Of a DNA stretch of 64,000 bases, positions 57,862 to 64,000 are shown piece after piece. The DNA lies in assembly GCF_009914755.1 (NCBI RefSeq), contig NC_060944.1, one strand, 5' to 3'. The position numbers and the translations under genes were made by a program. Positions within the stretch are counted from its first letter, which is position 1. Every line of letters starts with the position of its first letter. This DNA is from the human T2T-CHM13v2.0 reference genome, Homo sapiens. The notes under the pieces were generated by a model. It ran no database searches. It was not told the DNA's origin and saw only the letters and a list, made by a program, of their open reading frames with translations.

Positions 57862-58984
57862 TTAGAGAAGGTATAAGTAAGGGTAGAAAGAAAGATTATA
57901 ACAAAAAAAAATTAAATCACCTCAATACATATACGTATAGAAAGGATGATACATGAAATTAAGCTTACATTCACTACCTTTATTTGAAAAAACTCTTGAG
58001 CAAATTAGGAATAGAAAGAAATTATGCTAATTTGATAACAAAAAGAAAGAAAGAAAGAAAAAGAAAGAAAGAACTACAACAGCATCTAATTTTATGTGCA
58101 GATTTTAAAGAGTTTCAGAACAGGAAAAAAAAAATAAGCCTGCTATTCCACCTCTATTCAATATTACCTAGTGAAGTAAAGTAAGAAAGAGCGCTATAAA
58201 GCATAAAAATTGGAAGGAAAGAAATAGAGCTGTCATAATTCAGAGCTAATATGATTGCCTGCAGAAATTTCCCCAAAATCTATAGGCATATTATTAGAAT
58301 GAATAACAGAGTTTAGCCAATTTGCTGGAACAAAATCAATATGGAAAATTTAATTGTATTTCTATAATCCCTAAATATTGTAGTATATAGAAAACATTAT
58401 GTCAAAAATATTTAAAGTAAAAGGCAGTACTAGCTTGTGACTTTCTGTGAAAACAGCTAGATAGATTATGGAGTCAATTTGAATCTATAGATCTATTTAG
58501 GCAGAATTGACATCTTAACAGTATTGAGTCCTCTGATCCTTAAAAATGGTATATCTATTTTCTTATTTAAGTCTCCTATAATTTTCCTCAGCAGTGTTTT
58601 GGAGGTTTCATTATACAAGTTTTAAGTATTTCATATTGTTATATATTATACATGGTAGATTTTTCCATTATATTTTCCAGTTATTTCTAGTAGTTTTAAT
58701 CCTACTATGTTATTGCAGAAGTGATATTATACATCAGTAGAGATAGATCAGCACTTAACAGTTATCCTTATTAAAAAAAAAAGAAATTGAATCCTTTACT
58801 ACACACACACACACACACATACACACAACACACAAAAACACACACAAAATCCTCAATGGACTAAAAATTTGAGTGAAAGGCAAAACAGTTCTCAGAGACA
58901 GCCCAGAAACCTTTACTTACTACATTGGGATAAGGGAGGGTTTCTTAATTAAGACATGGAAAGTGCAATCATTGAAGAAAATGA

Positions 58985-59151
<167 letters not shown>

Positions 59152-59746
59152 TAGGGGTTAGTATATCATACTCTAGAGAGTAATGGCTCATCTTTGAATC
59201 CTGGTTCTGTCACTTACCACCAAAAACTTGGGCTATTTTTATGCTCTCTGCCTCTGTTCCCTCAAAAGTAAAGTGGGGTTGATAATAGTATCCATAACAT
59301 CAAGTTGAGATGAGAATTAATGAGTTACTATAGGATAGTAAGTGTTATATATAATAATGTAAATGTGTATACAATAAACATTTTTTAAGACAGAAACGAG
59401 AGTGAAAAGTCAAGCTAAAAACTGTAAGGTATTTGCAACACATAAAACTGACCCAAAATATTAGAATATCTGTCTATCTATATTCATTCATCTATCCATT
59501 CATTTATTCATCCACTCATCCAACTATTCATCCATCTATTCTCTTCCTGCAACTCAAAATGAAAAGGCAGTGAGCAAGAGACATAACAGGCATTTCCCAC
59601 AGAAGGAAACAAGACTTTTCGAGAAAAATTTGTCATTGTTTAAGGAAGTTAAAGGTGACCCAACAATGTCACTCTTAGGAATATACCCTGGGAGAAACCA
59701 TTACAGCTTTGCCTCAAGAGATTTATGCAAGAATGTTTATAACATT

Positions 59747-59750
<4 letters not shown>

Positions 59751-59792
<42 letters not shown>

Positions 59793-59802
59793 ACACACAC
59801 AC
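59751..59802. repeat. (CA)n microsatellite
   Basis: Direct observation. Confidence 0.97.
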
Positions 59803-60599
59803 AAAACAGACAAAAATTTCTGGTAAAAGTAGATTGGATAAATAAGTTGCATAATTCGGCTTTTAGTAAAAATGAGCAATTGAATATATCAACCTGGATG
59901 ACCCTCAAAAACATGATATTAAGCCAAAAAAAGTAAGTCACAGAAAAATACAGGTAGTTTTATTCCGTTGATATAAAGTTTAAAACATTCAATATGAAGC
60001 AACAGGCTGTTTAGGCATAAAAATATATGTGATAAATGAAAAACAAAGGAGAATGATAAAACAGGGCATTTAAGCTGATTACCTCTGAGGGGACTGGTAG
60101 GGATGGGATTAGAACAAGACATGAGGCATGGGGCACTACATTTCCAATAGAAATGTTCTGCCTATCAAATCTGGCAGTCCAAAAGTCAGACTATAAAGTG
60201 CCACAGAAGTATCAGCCATAACAATTATAAAAATTTTAGTTATAGCTATTTGTTATAAGACAGTGATTTTCAGATTGTTCAAGAATAAAATTTAGGAGAG
60301 AACTTTATGACAACAAATAAAAAAAGAAGTTATAGAGTTAAATTTAAAATTTTAATTAAAAAATAAGAAAACAACAAAACAAAATTCAGCTATATGGAGA
60401 AGTGTATTTCATGAAAATACAAACAACACATAAACAACAAGCAAATAAAGAATAGCAGTATAAGCACTAGCCAAAATAAAATTTGAGACAGAAAGGTTTA
60501 ATTTGAGCCAAAGGGTTCATTTTATTTTCCAAATTATTTTTAAAAACACATTGAAAATAGTATAGTCCTGACTCTAACAATTAACAATCTAAAAATGCA

Positions 60600-61223
60600 T
60601 AGTTGTTTTTTATTATTCACGAAGTCAATAATTGTGTTTGTCTACTTGCTAAAATGTATTTGCAACCCCTAAAATCAATACTTGTACATTTTCAGTCATT
60701 CACTGACAAGTACAGAGCAGCAAAAAATGTGCAAGTTTTTGCTGTGGTCAAACTAAGCAATGCTCTACCTTCTTATTTCAGTTCTCATACTCTAAACAAG
60801 TGTCTTTTTTGTGGTCTATTTAGCACCTTTTTTTACATTTCTGTGCTTTTTTCTTATTGATTAACTGTTTAAAGTGGCCCCCAAGATTAGTGTCTCATGC
60901 TTCTAAGCTCAAGAAAGCTTGAATGTGCCCTACGGAGAAACTATGTGTGTAAGATAAGCTTTGTTAAGGCATGAGTTATAGTGCCATTGGCCATTCAATA
61001 TTAATGAATCAAAATACATATATATATATATATAAGATAAGATGTCTTTAAGCAGAAGCATATGTAAAACACAATTGCATATTGGTTAGTTGATGAAAAT
61101 ATGACCAGTAGCTTGCAGGAACTTAATACAACATTTCCCCTAGGAGCAATGTTTCAGTGTTTGCTAATTGTGTTTGCACCATATTAATGGTGCATAACTA
61201 CCTTAAATAGGGAGAATCAACTG
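60600..61223 (-). mobile_element. MER82 (TcMar-Tigger), second copy in the opposite orientation
   Basis: Ends 'gagaatcaactg'; internal 'tttccctaggagcaatg', 'agataagctttgttaaggcatgagttatagtgc'. Confidence 0.85.
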
Positions 61224-61349
61224 TGTAAAGCACAAATCACAATCATAGTAGGAAAATTTAACATGTCTCTGAGAATCAAAAAATCAGTTAAATAAAATTT
61301 AATTGAAATACAGAGGGTCTGAATAATATAGACAATAAACTTGTTTTGG

Positions 61350-62075
61350 CTTTTGGTGTTCCTCTCCGCCCGAAGGAAGTTCTGCAGTTATCTCACATAG
61401 GTGAACTCTCCAACACCGCAGACAGCTGGATCCTTACCTCTTTACCATCAATGTCTTTTCTCTAGTCCAACTTAGTCACCCACTCCACTGGTCACATCTT
61501 AAATATTGTCATCATCAGAAACTGCACTATTTCTGAAATCGTAATTTTAAACATCTTAATCTCTGTGTACCATCTTTGCTCTACCTCACTCACAAACTCA
61601 TAAACCCCCACTGCTACAATTCCTTAACTCTTCAGAGACTGCCAAAATATGGACCCCATAACTTTTTTATTCTCTCCTGTCCAACTCTATGTCCACGACT
61701 TCTCAATGTAATCACTCCCTTGCCAGTATCCCCAGATCTCTTTTCCTCTCCTGGTTTCCCTCTAACAAATGATCTCTCTTCAAAGCTCTAATTGGCCAGC
61801 AGCCTGTAGTTTTTTAGGACTCCACCAGAGTGTCAGTTCTTCTAGACAGCCTTTCCAGATAACCCTATACAAATTGAGTGCAGCTTGGTCTCTGCGTTTA
61901 TTCCTTTCTTCTTTCAAAACACTTATAGAGGCTTGTAAATATTTTAGTAGACATTTGCTTTTTCCTCCTGTCTTTTAGACTACAACATAAGTTCCATGAG
62001 TACAGAAATCCTGTCTTGTTCTCCCTTCATTCCCAGTACCTAATATAAAACCTTGCATATATTAGAAGCTCAAAG
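61350..62075 (+). mobile_element. L2 fragment between L1ME ORF2 remnants (~61225-61345 and ~62095-62600)
   Basis: 'tggtcacatctta.atattgtcatca', L2 3' end 'tagacta.aa.ataagttccatgag.acagaaatcctgtcttgttc'. Confidence 0.65.
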
Positions 62076-63149
62076 GAATGGTTATCTAAATTTTTACCCT
62101 ATAAAGAAAATACATTATTTTTAAATGTCTATCAGTGTAATGGCTACAAAGTTTAATTGCATATATAGATATCAATATAACCTTAATTAATTCTATCATG
62201 TGGGAATTGTGCGACCTACATGCTTTCACCATACCATAATAAAACTAAAAATACAATAAGGATAAAATAACCATAGCTAAATCTAACTAACTGGAAATCC
62301 AAAAACCTTGTTTTTAATAATTCTTGGAGAGGAGACAAAAGAAAAGATTAAAGAGTACAATTAAAAACATTTTATAAATTAAAGAACATTATGTATCAAA
62401 ATCAACTGCATAAGTCTAAAATTGTCCTCAGAAAAAAGTATAGTCTAAAATGCTTTCTATTATTAAGCAAGAAAAATTAAAATAAATTAATTAGGTATTC
62501 AAGAAAAGAAGCTGAGGGTAAAAAGCACTAAAATGAACACAAAGTTAATTAGAGTTGAACTAATCAAGATAAAAACAATATTGGAGATAAAAAGGAAAAA
62601 GAGAAAATTATTCAAACACACTAATTCAGCCGATAATCTGTTGTCAACTGCACAAAAGGAAATAAAACATAAACAGGTATTAGAAATAAAATCTGGCATC
62701 TAAACAAAGGGAGGAAAATAAATTTAATTGCAGGAGAGTCTTTTTTAGCTAACATTTCCTCTTTGCTTTTTCTAGACATGTCTAAGAGCCAAGCTAAGCA
62801 GGAAAGTTTCATGACAGTTCACACAATGGTTTTCCTATATAGGCAAAGATGTCAACTTTAAAACGGCCTCAACAATGCCTGAAAAATCCTGCCAAGTTTC
62901 TCTGTCTGGTCCTCAATGACAAGGCTTCTACATTTTCCCACTGGGCCTTCCCAACTCCCTGCCAACTTCCTCCTATCAATAGCCTGACCTTCAACTTCTC
63001 AGAGAAAAGTGCAGCGACATTACCTTTTAATGTGTAAGCCCTTTAAGATCTTATACTCTGTTATTCACAGAGGCATCTCAAGTACCTCAGACAGTGCCTG
63101 GCTCAAAGTTACTACTGAAAATACATTCGAGGAGTGAAGGGATATCAGA

Positions 63150-64000
63150 TCTGCACCCATCTGCATTCATTCCCTCTCCACCCTCTTCCATTTCAAGGGG
63201 AGCAGTGCCTCTCTTCCCAACCATGGCCAAGACTTCAACCCCTGCCTGAACTCCTATCCTTTCCCAGCTTCTCAGGAGTATTATATTGACAGTTAAACTT
63301 TTTTGCTTTATTATTTACACTCTAAATCTAATTCTTCCCAATAGTTTCTCATTTAAAACATAACTTAAGTCTTCTCATTTAAAACATAACTCCCCTCAGA
63401 CCAACATCTTCTCTCCACCTTTTATCGCTCTCCTTCTTGTCAACTTCACGGATTTCCTGAAGAATTGTTTACATTGGCCTCCATATACCTTGGATCTCTG
63501 TGTATCCAAGTGGTAGCGGCATTTCATTTTGAAGAATAAAAGCAAAATGTGTTTCAATTTTTCTTTCTTCCCTGTGACTTCATTGAAATTGTTCTTGTCA
63601 TGAATGGTCTATCTGAGCACATATCCAAAGATTATTTTTTCACAAGTCATCAAATATAAGCCTTAGTCCCCATTTGGAGTTGTTAACAGTCCCCTCCTTC
63701 TTAAAGTACTATCTTCCCCTTGCTTTAGGAAACCATACTTTTCTGGTTTTCCACCTACCTCTTCAGAATCTTTTTCTGAGTTCATTGCAGATTCATTCTC
63801 TTTTCCCCAGCCAGTAAATATAAATGGTCAGCAAGGCATTTACTCTCCCAGTTTAGTCTTGCTCAAGTATTACAACTCAGAGTTTTAAGGACTACCTACA
63901 AGCAAATGACTTAGAGTTTTAGCAACAGTTCACGTCATCTCTCTGACCTCCACACCTGGATATACAAGTGCCTTCCTCCATCCTTGCATATTCACTACAA
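63150..64000 (+). mobile_element. L2 ORF2 fragment
   Basis: 'cattgaaattgttcttgtca', 'ctggttttccacctacctct'. Confidence 0.65.

Noticed and set aside
63346-63391. 20-bp direct repeat with a 6-bp spacer; similar tiny repeats at 46-98, ~18635-18660 and ~41488-41522
   Set aside because: These are two-copy slippage-type duplications with no array structure and are not CRISPR-like.

Overview
This is primate (human-like) non-coding genomic DNA, intergenic or deep intronic, AT-rich and dominated by interspersed repeats: Alu, L1, L2, MIR, MaLR/ERV LTRs and hAT/Tigger DNA-transposon fossils. I find no credible protein-coding gene. The listed ORFs are short and fall in Alus, L1 remnants or microsatellites. 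One RNA-derived element is clear: a 3'-truncated 7SK pseudogene (20154-20386, minus strand) inside a (GATA)n array. I find no new protein or RNA system. The most striking structure is a composite insertion inside an Alu at 38309-39480, stitched from a ~115-bp copy of DNA 1.6 kb downstream and a ~655-bp inverted copy of DNA 37 kb upstream, with microhomology at two of the junctions. The window also holds several other short locally templated duplications, a fold-back inversion, a micro-inversion in an old L1 and a probable hAT transposase fossil. Repeat subfamily names come from recalled consensus sequences and the boundaries of old repeats are approximate. Identities were counted by eye.
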